Below, one piece after another: positions 51,574 to 64,000 of a stretch of 64,000 nt of DNA. The notes under the pieces are model-generated. The model ran no database searches. It was not told where the DNA came from and saw nothing but the letters and a program-made list of their open reading frames with translations. The position numbers were made by a program, and so were the translations under genes. Every line of letters begins with the position of its first letter. Within the stretch, counting starts at the first letter, position 1. Source of the stretch: Tubulanus polymorphus (Eukaryota; Animalia; Nemertea); contig NC_134036.1 of assembly GCF_964204645.1 (NCBI RefSeq), positions 9,155,859-9,219,858 on the forward strand. Reading direction: 5' to 3'.

Positions 51574-52213
51574 TTCACTCGAACGATATAAGATATAATC
51601 CGACAATACAAAAAAAGAGTCCAAAAATCTTCCCATGAGCTAATATTTTATTCAGCGTTTTGACTTCATCCTAATCGTCAAGGAATTCTAAAGTCAAAAA
51701 CAAAAATACGAAATACATACTTTACACAACGTACATTTGTACAGGGAGTGGTGTGGTATGACAAGAATGTCGCCCAGCTAACATATTCATATCATAATAC
51801 GAAGCTCGTTTGTCAATATCACTTTTAGCCTCAATACTTCTATCAACGAGGTTCCATTGTAGAAAGTGTGGTGATCATGTCTAATGTATGGTGCTTGTAT
51901 TTCACTTTTCAATTCGAATTATCTCGGGGTAGCACTGAACACATGTGAAGTGCGGATGATCAGTGTTTTAAAGTGTGCAGATAATATGTCTAATGTAGTT
52001 CTTATTCAATTAAAAAAGTCTCAGGTGAAGCACTGAACACAAGTAAAGTGTGGATGATCAGTTTTGAAAGTGAGCTGATAAAATATTTAACGTCTGCTTT
52101 TTGTAGTTCATTCAAAAGTCACTAAAACCCGAACTATAGACTGGAAGACGAACAGTTTTTCAAGGTTTGTTGATAAAATGTCTCTCGGATATGTTTTACC
52201 TATTCTTTTCTAG

Positions 52214-52369
52214 CCACAACTTGTTACGGTAGTAGTTGTAACAACAGCAAGTGGGCGAAACACTGTAAACCCGGTCTGGCACCAGTAACACAGACACCTG
52301 GGGTTGAACTAAAATGTCCAGACGACAGCGAGTGTGATGCCGGATGGAACGGACCCGGATGTCAAATCG
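52214..52369 (+). CDS. Host gene exon 2: Cys-rich/EGF-like (TTCYGSSC...ECDAGWNGPGCQI)
   Basis: ag/gt boundaries, 156 nt, phase 1-1, C-x-x-G-W-x-G-x-x-C motif. Confidence 0.85.
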
Positions 52370-52804
52370 GTAAGTTAAGATCGAAACGATATAAATTACG
52401 TTTGCTGCCGGTTGCGAGTCCGAAGCCTCGAACCATTCCGATTCGGACATCAACACTCACACACCTGACGCGGTTCTCTCTAGCAGGAGTTCGAAACGCC
52501 GAGTCATTTTAATTCGTCGATTAAATGAATTCTTAGTTTTGAAAACATTTTCAAATCGCAGGGATTTTTCATCATCATATCGCCTATAGTCTCCATGTTT
52601 GAATGTACTGTCGTTAAAATCCCTGGTTTGGTTCTGGTTCGGGGAAAGAGTCCGGAAAGTTTCATTCGACGTTTTGACTATATCCCAATTAGTCATCCTA
52701 CGTGAGAAGATTACGGTATTTCCGCGTAAGTTTAATACGCGAGATATCGCCGAATAATTTCAGCAAAAGATAAAGAATGCAACGCAAACGTCTTTGGTCT
52801 CTAC

Positions 52805-52911
52805 TATAGCCGCGATCACGAGGAGATGATTTGGCCTGGACCAAATTGGCACGGATCAGGCTCGAGCCAAATTTGGCCGGTGCTAAAAACGCTCGTGTGA
52901 TCGCAGCTATA
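52805..52911. mobile_element. Small MITE-like inverted repeat
   Basis: tatagccgcgatcac ... gtgatcgcagctata. Confidence 0.55.
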
Positions 52912-53260
52912 TGCAAAATAGTATAAATGGAAAATTTGAGGTTGCGACATCCCTTTTAACTGACAAAAACTGATCAATGTTATGTAATACTCAAACCTGG
53001 TGACATATGAAACGTATAATGAGCAAACTTTCATTATACTGCTAAGTTATATAGGACTGATAGTTTTTTAACTATATGTGTTGTCGAAAAGCATAACAGT
53101 GGCTGAAAATAATTGAATTTGTGTAGTCACAGTGTAAAAAACATGATCGGATAATGCCATCGAAAGGATTTCGTCGAAACAGAGAAATCGCTGTATATAT
53201 GTTTTCTAATGCCATGTACGACACACGTATCTGAAATGTTGTTCTGTTGTTGTCTTCTAG

Positions 53261-53503
53261 GTAATGTAGCTCGCGACAAACAGGCAACGTCGTCTTCTGT
53301 TCTCACTTATAGTCTTTATGGACCTGACAAATGCGTCGATGGGTTGATTAGCGGCGGGAGAGAAAAGGGACTTTGCCACACTAAGAATGAAACTGACGCC
53401 TGGTTTCAAGTTGATCTTGACGCGCAACACGTCGTGCTGGGTGTCGACCTGTATGATCGATCAGACGCTACTAACTGTGATAACAATCCAGATAATTCGT
53501 GGA
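53261..53503 (+). CDS. Host gene exon 3: F-type (fucolectin) lectin domain, first half
   Basis: NVARDKQATSSS...CVDG...CHTKNETDAWFQVDL...YDRSD; 243 nt, phase 1-1. Confidence 0.9.
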
Positions 53504-53969
53504 GTAAGCTTTTTTTCTATTATCGTATTCGTTTTAGGATTTTGCGCATGAGAACATTCGACGTGATCTGGGTATTCCATTTTTGAGTTGAAATTTGAGT
53601 CGAAAGCTAATCTTACCTTTAACCTAACAACCCAGATCTATGGGTAAGGATCATGTGACAGCATTGAAAAGTAATTCCTCCTATCATTAAATAAAAGTAC
53701 TGAAAATATATTTTTTCTTCTCGGCATCGATGTGGGCCAATTTGTGGCCATTTCGATGGCTTTTTCCAAACGTAACTTTACAGTGTGAACTCGCTTAAGT
53801 TGTCTATAGTTAGGCAATTTGCGACCTAAAATTGTATATATATGCACTCCATTGATGAATTGGTGTAGGGTTTATACCTACTTCGAAGAATTGGTGATTT
53901 TTATACCTATGAAGGGAATTTTACCCGGGGGATTTTTACCTACATTCGTTTACATTAATGATATTTCAG

Positions 53970-54209
53970 AACGAAGATCTCGTAATCTTGAAGTACGTGT
54001 AGGTAACAATACTGCTAGAACGAACGCAGGTGTTCCCGGATCTAACGTGAAATGTGGATATCACGGTCCTGCTCTGTGCGGGGGACATATTTTTATACGT
54101 TGTAGTACACCTCTAATCGGTAGATATGTTACAGTTCAACATCACGGAATTGGAAAACGGGAATATTTAGGTTTAGCCGAAGTTGAAGTGCGCGGATACG
54201 TATATACAG
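53970..54209 (+). CDS. Host gene exon 4: F-type lectin domain, second half
   Basis: NLEVRVGNN...KCG...IRCSTPLIGRYVTVQ...LGLAEVEV; 240 nt, phase 1-1. Confidence 0.9.
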
Positions 54210-55333
54210 GTAAGCCTTAATTAAATCTTTGAATCGGGCCGCCCCGAATGTTAAGATACCTTCAATCCTAGAATCGCGAGAATGGCCCTTATCTATAGAT
54301 ATCAGGGGCCAGTTGCTCAAAATTGTTCGTTAAACGTAAACTTGATACATTTAAACTAAAAGACAATTTTCTCAAACAAAGTTTTTTAAATTTTAAAATT
54401 ATTAAATTGATAAATTTAAATTTATGTTTAAATCAAGTCAAAATTCAGTTTTCTTCTCTCAAAAACTGAAATAGAATAACCTTAAAACAGAATTCACTAC
54501 TTTAACATGGACATTTTTTAAACTAGATCTACGCTGGTAGATATTTGGATGTTTTTTTTCTAAAAAAATCGTCTTTGGTTTCTGTGATGACGAAGTTTAG
54601 TGAAAAGCCTCGAAATTATCAGAAAATGAAAGGTTGAATCGTCAACTGCATTTGCAAATAAAAGGCTTCGGGTTATAGTTTAAACTGATCCAGAGTAGTC
54701 ACCTACCTGAAAATCAGTGAAAAGTCGGGGAAGAGACAGGGAATTTCGTTTTCAAAAAATCGGGAAAACTCGGATAAATTTGTCGAGATTGCTAGATCGC
54801 GCTTGGAATCAAACAGTTTCTGTCTAGGTTATACGGATCAAATCAGGGAAAACAACGCGTGCGTGTCGGGGAATAGTCAGGGGAAAAAGCGAGTCAAATA
54901 AAAGTGGCCGGCCTGTGAATATGTACCAAAACCAAAAAAAATATAACTAGCTAGGCAACTAAATGACAATCTCTTAATGAAAAATATTCCTACGCTTATT
55001 CTCTGAGGATGGACTAGGGGCAATTCCGCAAAGACTCCTCGCCGAAATCTGACGATGATGTTGATCGCCGTTCGGACAAATGCTGCTACGGTAGCGATGC
55101 GCTTTTAATCGTCACTATACGCTCTATGACCGCCCTCTATTGTCGATGTCATCTTCCAATACAACGACCAGGATTGTCGTAATTGCTCCACCTTGTGAAC
55201 TTTCCTTATTGTTCTTTCTTTTTCCTTTCGCATTTTTTACCGCGGTTCTCGCGACGGCGGCCAAGTTACTTTCGCTTATTGCAAAAAATTGTAAATTTAT
55301 CATTCGTTTGTTTTCTATACATCTCTGTACGTA

Positions 55334-56800
55334 TTGATCCACAGCTAGATTTTCGTAGTATTTGAAAATATTTCGTAGTATTTAGAAATGTTCTTAATGT
55401 TGTTTCCGTATGCGTGGGGGTTACGTTAAAGCCGTCAGACAAGAACGTACTAGTAGTAAGAATTACGAAAGTTCTTGTTTGATGCTTTCATCTACCAACG
55501 CAAACCATTAATCAGTCTATAAACAACAATTCTTTCTCGGTTCTTCTTCTGTGAGATCTGGCAAACATTCAGAAAATCTTTATATAAAACTTTTAAATAG
55601 TTGGAACCATATTTGGTTGGGTCGGAACAATGGAGTGTATTTATAATGAGGCTCGTGAAGGGATCACGCTGATACTTGATGATATTCCCGGCTACTTTCC
55701 GTAAAAGGAAAAAACCGGAAGTTTAGGAAGATGTGGTTGTTTTGCTTATCCTGTATTAAAATAGAATTAGTTAGATTGTAGATAAAATAATTAGTTAAAA
55801 CCGTTATATCAATATGTTTGCAATGATATTTGAAATACTATGATTTTTCTACACCGATTTTTATTGACCCCAGCCGGTGAAACCGTTTAGGATAATCATG
55901 TTTGTTTCATACCCTCATATGCTGATTACGACATTTGAATCCGTCAAATACATGCAATAATAGATGTTATGATACATGTAAAGCCAAAACTGCCTTAGTA
56001 TTTCAAATGATTTAAGAATTGATAATCAATCACAATGTATTCTGAATCGTAGTTAATTATAATAATTAAAAAAAGAAACAATGAATTTGTACTGTAATTA
56101 GAAAAGAAATTAAAGTTTTGAAAAGATATTTAATTTGAGTAATCTAGATGTTGTTTAAGAACAAATTGTTAATAATCGCTAATGTTTTAGAAAAATTAAT
56201 TTGTGTTTAATGTTAAAACTAGCTGTCTGAAGTTTCTGTTGTCTGTATGCGCTCGTTGGTAATTCACAGACAATAGCTGCTCTCTCAACAACGACTAGCA
56301 AGGAGTGAGTAAATCACAACGCGACATGACAGGAGGGTTGGAAGAAAACGTTTATATCAGCTAATCAGTTTCTAAAAAAACCTTTAGATCAGCAAATCAG
56401 TAGGGCTAAATTTTCCGTAACTAAAAACGGTCATGACAGTTGGGTAGCTGCTCCTTGCTAAAGAGCGGAAGACCCTGCGTGAGAGAATCGGAATTCTGAA
56501 AATGCCGGTTCTTTCTACAAAAGGGGGCCGCTATCGAGAGAGAGGAGAGAATCTGTACCTTAGTAAGACGAGTGTCGACAGCAGGACAGGAGAAGCTTCG
56601 GAACGATAGGGATTCATATACAATATGGATTAGGAAAATCATTCTTTGTTCAAGGTAAATAAAATATATTTTCTTCAATATTATCATCCAGTATTTCAAT
56701 TTATTCATTCGGATTTGTGCACGGACACGTTCTCTCGCCAGGGCCTTACTCAAGTATTTTATAGATAACAATTAAAGAGAGGATTGTGACCGGTGTATCA
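55334..56800 (+). repeat. Dispersed repeat copy (intronic), with ~200 bp extra at ~55795-55995
   Basis: Near-identical to 23600-24860. Confidence 0.92.
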
Positions 56801-56922
56801 GTATCCTTAGATATGCCCTCCGTTAATAGATTTGAACTTGGAACTTGAATTGTCACTGTGAAGTATGAATAACTTTTTTAGCAACTGACGTTTCGTCCTC
56901 ATGTGATATTGTTATTTTGTAG

Positions 56923-57063
56923 CCAAATCGGATTGCAGCAAACCGGCATCGTTTGGTTGTATGCTCGACTGTCGCTGCGACGGTAATGCAATCTGCGACT
57001 ATCTGAGCGGTACATGCTCAACTGGATGTTTGCCGAATTACATCGGGCACAGCTGCGAACAAG
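56923..57063 (+). CDS. Host gene exon 5: EGF/laminin-EGF-like domain
   Basis: CMLDCRCDGNAICDYLSGTCSTGCLPNYIGHSCEQ; 141 nt, phase 1-1. Confidence 0.88.
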
Positions 57064-57573
57064 GTCAGTTTTATTACTCACTCCTTTTATGTAGGCCTAG
57101 TTGCAAACGAAATTCTATTATCAGAGTGTCAGGTTTTCCATTTTTTCTTCGTTAACAGGCTCCCTACAGCTCCCTTTGCTTCTGAAGGTGCTCGAAGCTC
57201 CTTTCACTTGCTTGTTTGTCTATTTTGTAATTGTCGAGTAGACTATACGCTTCCTCGAAATTTGAAATCTTCTCCAATAAAAAACTCCATGAAGACTCCT
57301 TAAATCCAGGAATGACCGATCTGTAAGGACCGTGCATCAAATTTTCTAACTTCATTCGAAGAAGGAATGCTAACTGTAAAAGTTATTGCGTGTCGGTAGT
57401 TCAAAATTACTGCGTTATAGTGATAGTGAGAGCTAGATATTTCTATCGCACCCTTTTAACTGTGATACAATTTTCAACAGCAAATTCCATTAAATCGGTA
57501 TTATTACCCCCAGCCTAAGATTCTAACTTAATCAGTAATCTTTCCATGGGAAGAAGTAACATAACAGCTGCTA

Positions 57574-57760
57574 ATATGGGCGGCCATCCCCGCCAAACAG
57601 ACGCTAAAGTTATCACGTGAAGGATAAACCCATAACGTGAAGTATAATGTAGTAACGTGAAGGATAAACTCATAACGTGAAGGATATTGTCATGACGTGA
57701 ATGGGTTTATCCTTCACGTGATGACTTTAGCGTATGTTTGGCGGGGATGGCCGCCCATAT
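57574..57760. mobile_element. MITE with ~60-bp TIRs and 4-bp TSD GCTA
   Basis: atatgggcggccatccccgccaaaca... / ...tgtttggcggggatggccgcccatat; internal acgtgaag repeats. Confidence 0.8.
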
Positions 57761-58004
57761 GCTAAGCGCTCAGGAGTCATCGATCAGGCACCCATTTTCT
57801 TATGGGTGGAAAGAAGCAATGAGGATGTCGCCAGCTCGTTTGTCGTATGACTTAAGCACGAGAATAGTTTCGTCTGCGAAAATAATGGCAGAAGTTGTCA
57901 GAAATTTCATTCGAGTGGTTTATAATGTAGCGCTGGCTTTTGTGCGTAATTGCTAACACGCGTATCATGCGGACCGTGCGTGTTCGATTTGCTTCTTATT
58001 CCAG

Positions 58005-58346
58005 AATTCAAATGGACTTCGCCGTCGACTCCGACGACTACCAGCACCGAGAACAGTATCACTATCAACTGGCCGGCTTATTCCGGTTCCGTCGTCGATT
58101 CCGGACGCGGTAACATCACTGTGTACTACGATGTCTGGTACATTGTAGAATCGAAGAAAGGTGATGGCATCCCGCCCTGGTTTCACGTCGGCGTCACTAG
58201 TCAAACTCAAGCACAGCTCACAGGTTTGACGCAGAATACCAACTACACCGTGGCCGTGTACCTCCACAAATATCAGGGCGATTCCATGGTGTCAAAATCC
58301 AGTCTACTAGTGAAATTGGTATCGAATGCAAAAACCACATGTGGAG
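58005..58346 (+). CDS. Host gene exon 6: fibronectin type III domain
   Basis: STENSITINWP...YYDVWY...LTGLTQNTNYTVAV; 342 nt, phase 1-1. Confidence 0.9.
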
Positions 58347-59296
58347 GTAAGTTCCGGGATAACGGTAGGGAAATACGGAAACTTTTAAGCAATCGCTGAT
58401 TCTACTTATAGCAGGCGAGAATCCGCCAGGTTCGCTGTTAGAGTAGGTTACTCGGTCTTGCGCGATCGATTTCTTCTACATTTCTATCAAAAAACCGAAT
58501 GGACTTTTCTCTCGATTAAATCAATCATTAATTAATTGAAACTGTACCGATCACTGAGTAGAAAGATTATTGTATATTCGGTGGGGCCTATAACGATATA
58601 CGGATTCGGGAGCCTAGAAATGCAGTTTAAAATCAATTGGAAATGAACTAATTTTGACAACGCATGGTTTAGGATTTTATTAGGATTTTATTTACACTCC
58701 AACCATTTCTATGGTACATGGAGGGAGACTTATAGAAAGTATACAATATTTACAATCAACATTAAATATAAACTTGTCTTAATAAAATATCACAAAGTTA
58801 TTAACAACATACACTATTTACAACCTAATTATTGGAGAGACAGAGTGCTCGTCACCCCATCTGGCGGGATAGGCGGTGCTGCAGCTCCCTATTATAATCG
58901 CCGAGTAGAAAATACGAATCCTTCATACAAGACTCGCGTTCGCGGGGACTCGTCACACATTGATAGTAAATGGATAACCCCCAGTATATCCGCTTATATA
59001 TCATACTGCGCTCGCGTTATGATATTTTGGTTCGCCGTGAGCCTCTGCAAATCCAGCGATCAAAATTAGATCGAAGGTGAATAAGAAATGATCAACCAAT
59101 TTTCGACTAAACGTTAATCGTCTGTTTGTCAGACCATCCTGGAATTGGTGGCGGCGGTGTATGGCCGTTATCCTGAATAAAAAACTATCCGAAATTCGAA
59201 GGACCTAAAATGTTTTTGACAGTTTTCGCACATTTCTACGGAAATACTGCACGGCTATTGTCAATGATTTATTATCGATTCTTTTGATGGAAATAG

Positions 59297-59403
59297 AGCC
59301 TGCGAAAGGACCGACCGGTTTGAAGTTAGAATCCACTCAGCTTCAGGGTGATAGTAGACCTTTGTCGCAGTACACCAAGGCCAAGGCAGAAGTATCGTGG
59401 CAT
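59297..59403 (+). CDS. Host gene exon 7: first half of a second FN3 domain
   Basis: (E)PAKGPTGLKLES...AEVSWH|gtaagt; in frame with exon 6; the gene must continue beyond the window. Confidence 0.7.
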
Positions 59404-59872
59404 GTAAGTATCGATTTAGGGGCGGATCCAAGTGCGGACTTGGACAGGAGCGCAAAAAATGAAAAGGGCATTATACTGAAAATGGGCAAGTTAAGTTTCC
59501 ACGCAGCCAAAACTAGGGTCTGGAAAAATTTGAAATTCCAATGCATTTTCAGAGGGCGTTGGAAGTGCAAATTTAGTGAATGACGTTTTTTATGATACCA
59601 TGTTTTTGACGAAATTGAGGTAAATTTTGCGTGTCAAAATGGGCAATTGGCCGCGGCGGCAATAAAAAAGCTTCCAACGCGCTTGATTTTCATACACACA
59701 ATTTCTAGAAACTCGAGGGACAATAGCGAGAATTTAAGCTAAATCTTGCGCCGCGGACTGCTGTCTTGTTAGTTGCCGGTGGGAAACGTGCCCTGAAAAA
59801 TATCGCCACTGTATCTTCAAGATGGCGCGAAGTAAAATGAGTTTTGAATGTTGGGGAATTCGGTATTCGATA

Positions 59873-60142
59873 AGAGTAATAGGGATAATAGGCTTTCAGG
59901 CCAAAGGTCGAACGGTCGAGCTCGTAAAAATGAAAAACATAAAAATAATTACAATTTCTACTTGAATTAGGAGTGAAACTCATAAAAATGAAAAATAAAT
60001 TCTCACACGCTCGAATTTATTTTTCATTTTTATGAGTTTCACTCCTAATTCAAGTAGAAATTGTAATTATTTTTATGTTTTTCATTTTTACTCACCCACC
60101 CGTTCAACCTTTGACCTGAAAGCCTATTATCCCTATTACTCT
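59873..60142. mobile_element. ~270-bp almost fully palindromic MITE flanked by TA
   Basis: agagtaatagggataataggctttcagg... / ...cctgaaagcctattatccctattactct; ~130-bp arms. Confidence 0.85.
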
Positions 60143-60224
60143 TAAATGTTATTCATATATATATGAATAACATTTAAATCATTGAACTTCTAAAATCAAT
60201 TTTAATAAAAAATATAGTATTAAA

Positions 60225-63200
60225 ATGGAAGCAAATAAATACTACTGTCCAACATACAATATCGATATAGACAAGTCTCAAAAAGCAAGACACAATAAAA
60301 CTATAACACATTTAGAGAATAAATTGAAACTAGAATATAAAGATGATATATTAGAAACTAAATTAGAAGAATTAAAGAATGAAAAAGAAACATATAAATG
60401 TGATACATGTAATCAATCATTCAGTGATAAAAGATATTATAAAGAACATTTAAAATCTATAAGTCATATTAGAAATAAGAATAATGATATTTTAGGTGAA
60501 GATTATTTTGATAATGATAACGATAAGAAACAGAAGACAATTAAAAGAATACAAAATAAATTAAACAATAAAAGACCATATATGGAAGATGTAAGAAATT
60601 ATATTAATTCATTAGATAATAAAAAAGATATAGAGATAACCGAAGCATTTAAAAGTGATATTGGTCCAGCAGCTATTGAGTTTAAATTTCATAAAAGTAA
60701 AACATTAGAAGAAAATAAAAAACATTTAGAAAATATGAAAGAAATAATAAAAATAATTACAGATGTTGAATATCCTAAAATTAGTATATCAGTTAAAGTA
60801 AAGTTTATAAAATCTGAAGATAAACCAATATATAATATAAATTCTCATTCACAACATATTATATCTAAACAACATATAGATGATAAATTAGATAAATGTT
60901 ATAATGAAGTAAAAACTAAAATAGAAGAGAAATATTTTGAAGGATCTGGTTTAATATTTGATGAAATAATATTTATAACTTTACATGTTTATAACACAAA
61001 ATATAATAAGTTAACTAAATCAAAACCAATTGATGAAAATAATTTATCATATTATAAAGAACCTGATATTGAAGCATCAAGTTATATTAAACTACCATTT
61101 AAAACTAATGCTGTAATAAATATACAAAATGAAGATGATAAATGTTTTCTATGGGCTATAATAAGTTGCTTACATCCAGTTGAAGATTAAAATAAACATA
61201 CTTATAGATTAACTCATTATAAACCATTTGAAAATAATTATAAGATAGATAAGTATCCTGTTAGAATTAAAAATATTCCAAAAATAGAAAGAGATAATCA
61301 TTTAAAGATAAATGTATTTGATTTAATCAAATTACCAAATACAAAAGGAAATAATATTAAACATTATACATTAGAACCTTTATACCTATCAAAAGATTAT
61401 GATTCAAACGATGTTATAGATATATTATATTATGAGAATCATTACATGTGGATTAAACAAATAGATTTATTTTTCAAATCAGAAAATGATCACCATAATA
61501 AAATATATCTATGTAGAAAATGTTTACATAAATTTAGTAATGAAAGTACATTATTAAATCATAAACAACTATGTGATAATCATGATTATTGTAAATTAGT
61601 TTTACCAAATGAAAAAGATAAAATATTAGAATTCAAAAAATATGATTACAAAAATAAAGTACCATTTGTAATATATGGAGATTTTGAATCATTAAATAAA
61701 GAATTAACAGATAAAGATAGAAAAGATATATATTATAAAAGAAAGAAATTAAATTCTAATGAAAGTGATTATTCAGAAGAACCACCAAAAACAAATACTA
61801 TTAAAAAGATTCATCAATCAGCTGCTGCTTTCGGGTTATATATAAAATCTGATTATCCAGAACTAATTGAAAGTGAATATTATCATTATAGAAATGAAAA
61901 TGTTATCAATCATTTTTGTGACTTATTAATTGAATATGAAATAAGATTTAATGAAAAGTTGAATACAAATAAAGAAATAATTATGACAGAAGAAGATAAA
62001 GAAGAATTTGAGTTTGCAGATAAATGTTATTATTGTGAAAAGATATTTAATTATAAAGATAAAAAAGTAAGAGACCATGATCATTTGAATGGAAAGTTTA
62101 GAGGCGCTGCACATGAGAATTGCAATTTACAAGCCAAAAAAGTAAATTTTGTCCCCATTATATTTCACAATTTATCGGGGTATGACGCGCATTTATTCAT
62201 TAAGCAACTGTGTCATAAAATAGAAGAAATCAATAATGAAATAGAAAGATTAAATTCAAATAGATTAAAAGATGACAAAGTATCAACTTATAAATTTAAA
62301 ATACTAGCTAAAACATCCGAGAATTATATATCTTTCCAATTTGGGTGTTTAAGATTTATAGATTCATATAGATTTTTAAATAGTTCATTAGATAACTTAT
62401 CTAAATCATTAGTTGATGATGAATTAAAGATATTAAAAGAATATTACCCAAATAATGATGATTTTAAATTAATGAGATATAAAGGAGCGATTCCATATTC
62501 TTTCTATAAAAATCATAATGATTTTAAAATAACTGAATTATTGAAAGAACAATTCTATGATGAATTAAAAAATGAATATGTTAAAGATGAAGTTTATAAT
62601 AGAACATTGAATATTTGGAATCATTTCAAAATAGAAAATCATGGTCAATTAGTAGATTTATATTTAAAATCAGATGTATTATTATTAACCGATATATTCG
62701 AAAGGTTTAGAGATGTAAACTTAAAATATTTCAATATTGATCCTTGTCATTGTTATTCATCACCAGGATTAACATGGGATTGTGGATTAAAATTTACAGA
62801 TATAAAAATGGATTTGTTAACAAATATAGATCAATTACTATTATTTGAAAAATCTATAAGAGGAGGTGTTTCAGGTGTATTGGGTGATAGATATTTCAAT
62901 GTAAATGATAATCCTGGATATAAATTATTATACATAGATGCAAATAATCTTTATGGTTGGGCAATGATGGAACCACAACCTTATGGGATGTTTGAAATAA
63001 CTGAAGTTTTACAAATTGATAAATTTGATTGGAAGAAAAGAATCCTAGATATTGCAGATGATTCAGATATTGGTTACTTCTTTGTTGTAGATTTAGAATA
63101 TCCTGAAAATATTAAATTCAAATCTAGAAATCTAGCATATTGTCCCGAACATAAAACTGTTAAACATGAAGAATTATCAAATTATCAAAAAAGAATTAAA

Positions 63201-64000
63201 CCTGAAAATCATATTCATACTGAAAAGTTAATGGTAACTCAAGAAGATAAATATAATTACGTTGTGCATTATAGAATGTTGAAGTTTTATTTGAATCAAG
63301 GAATAATATTAAAAAAGTACATAGATATATTTCATTCAATCAATCGAAGTGGTTAGAAAAATATATAGATTTTAACACCAAACAGAGAACTGAAGCAAAA
63401 ACTGATTTTGAAAAAGATTTTTTTAAGTTAATGAACAATGCGTTCTATGGTAAGACTTGTGAAAATATTAGAAATCGAAATGATATTGAGTTAGTTAGTA
63501 ATGGTAAAAGGATAAGGCATTTACAATCATATCCTAAGTTTTTAGGTAACAGAATATTTGATGAAAATTTAGCAGCAGTTAAAATGAGAAGAACAAGTAT
63601 GAAATTCAATAAACCAATCTATGTTGGTGCATCAGTTTTAGAATTATCAAAATTACTAATGTATGAATTCTATTATAATATATTACAACCACTTTTTGGA
63701 GAAAAACACATAGAAATATTATATTTTGATACAGATTCTTACATATTAAAGATAAAAACTGATAACATAACAGATGATTTAAAAATATTAAAACACCATT
63801 TTGATTTTAGTAACTATCCTAAAGATCATGAATTGTTTAGCAATGATAATAAAAAAGTTCCTGGGAAGTTTAAGGATGAATTAGGTGGTGAAGAAATGAT
63901 AGAGTTCATTGGTATTAGATCTAAAATGTATTCATATAAAACTAAAGAACATGAAGCTAAAAAGTTAAAAGGAATAACGAAAAATGTAGTAGAAAAGAAT
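60225..64000 (+). pseudogene. polB: Polinton/adintovirus-like copy B: protein-primed PolB, intein-free; one in-frame stop (61188) and one frameshift (~63315); runs off window
   Basis: Collinear homolog of 12344-17444 (VINIQNEDDKCFLW, KVRDHDHLNGKFRGAAH, YIDANNLYGWAM, KLMNNAFYGK, ILYFDTDSY). Confidence 0.95.

Overview
AT-rich animal (invertebrate-like) nuclear DNA, almost entirely mobile elements plus the 5' part of one spliced host gene. Left to right: (1) a decayed L1/Tx1-type LINE; (2) a ~13 kb truncated endogenous Polinton/adintovirus-like virus with rve integrase, double-jelly-roll capsid, penton candidate, membrane proteins, a zinc-finger ORF and protein-primed PolB; (3) two CAC...GTG DNA transposons with 4-bp TSDs encoding spliced Chapaev/RAG1-like DDE transposases with an inserted PHD finger; (4) a decayed piggyBac; (5) two Penelope-like fold-back inserts carrying minimal hammerhead ribozyme motifs, several MITEs and tandem arrays; (6) seven coding exons of a cell-surface/secreted protein (signal peptide, EGF-like, F-type lectin, EGF-like, FN3), whose last visible intron holds a second, nearly intact Polinton-like PolB. 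The standout is that the first PolB carries a ~355-codon LAGLIDADG intein at the catalytic YFD|TDS motif, while the related PolB 50 kb away has the empty allele. All calls come from motif reading by eye; no database searches were run.
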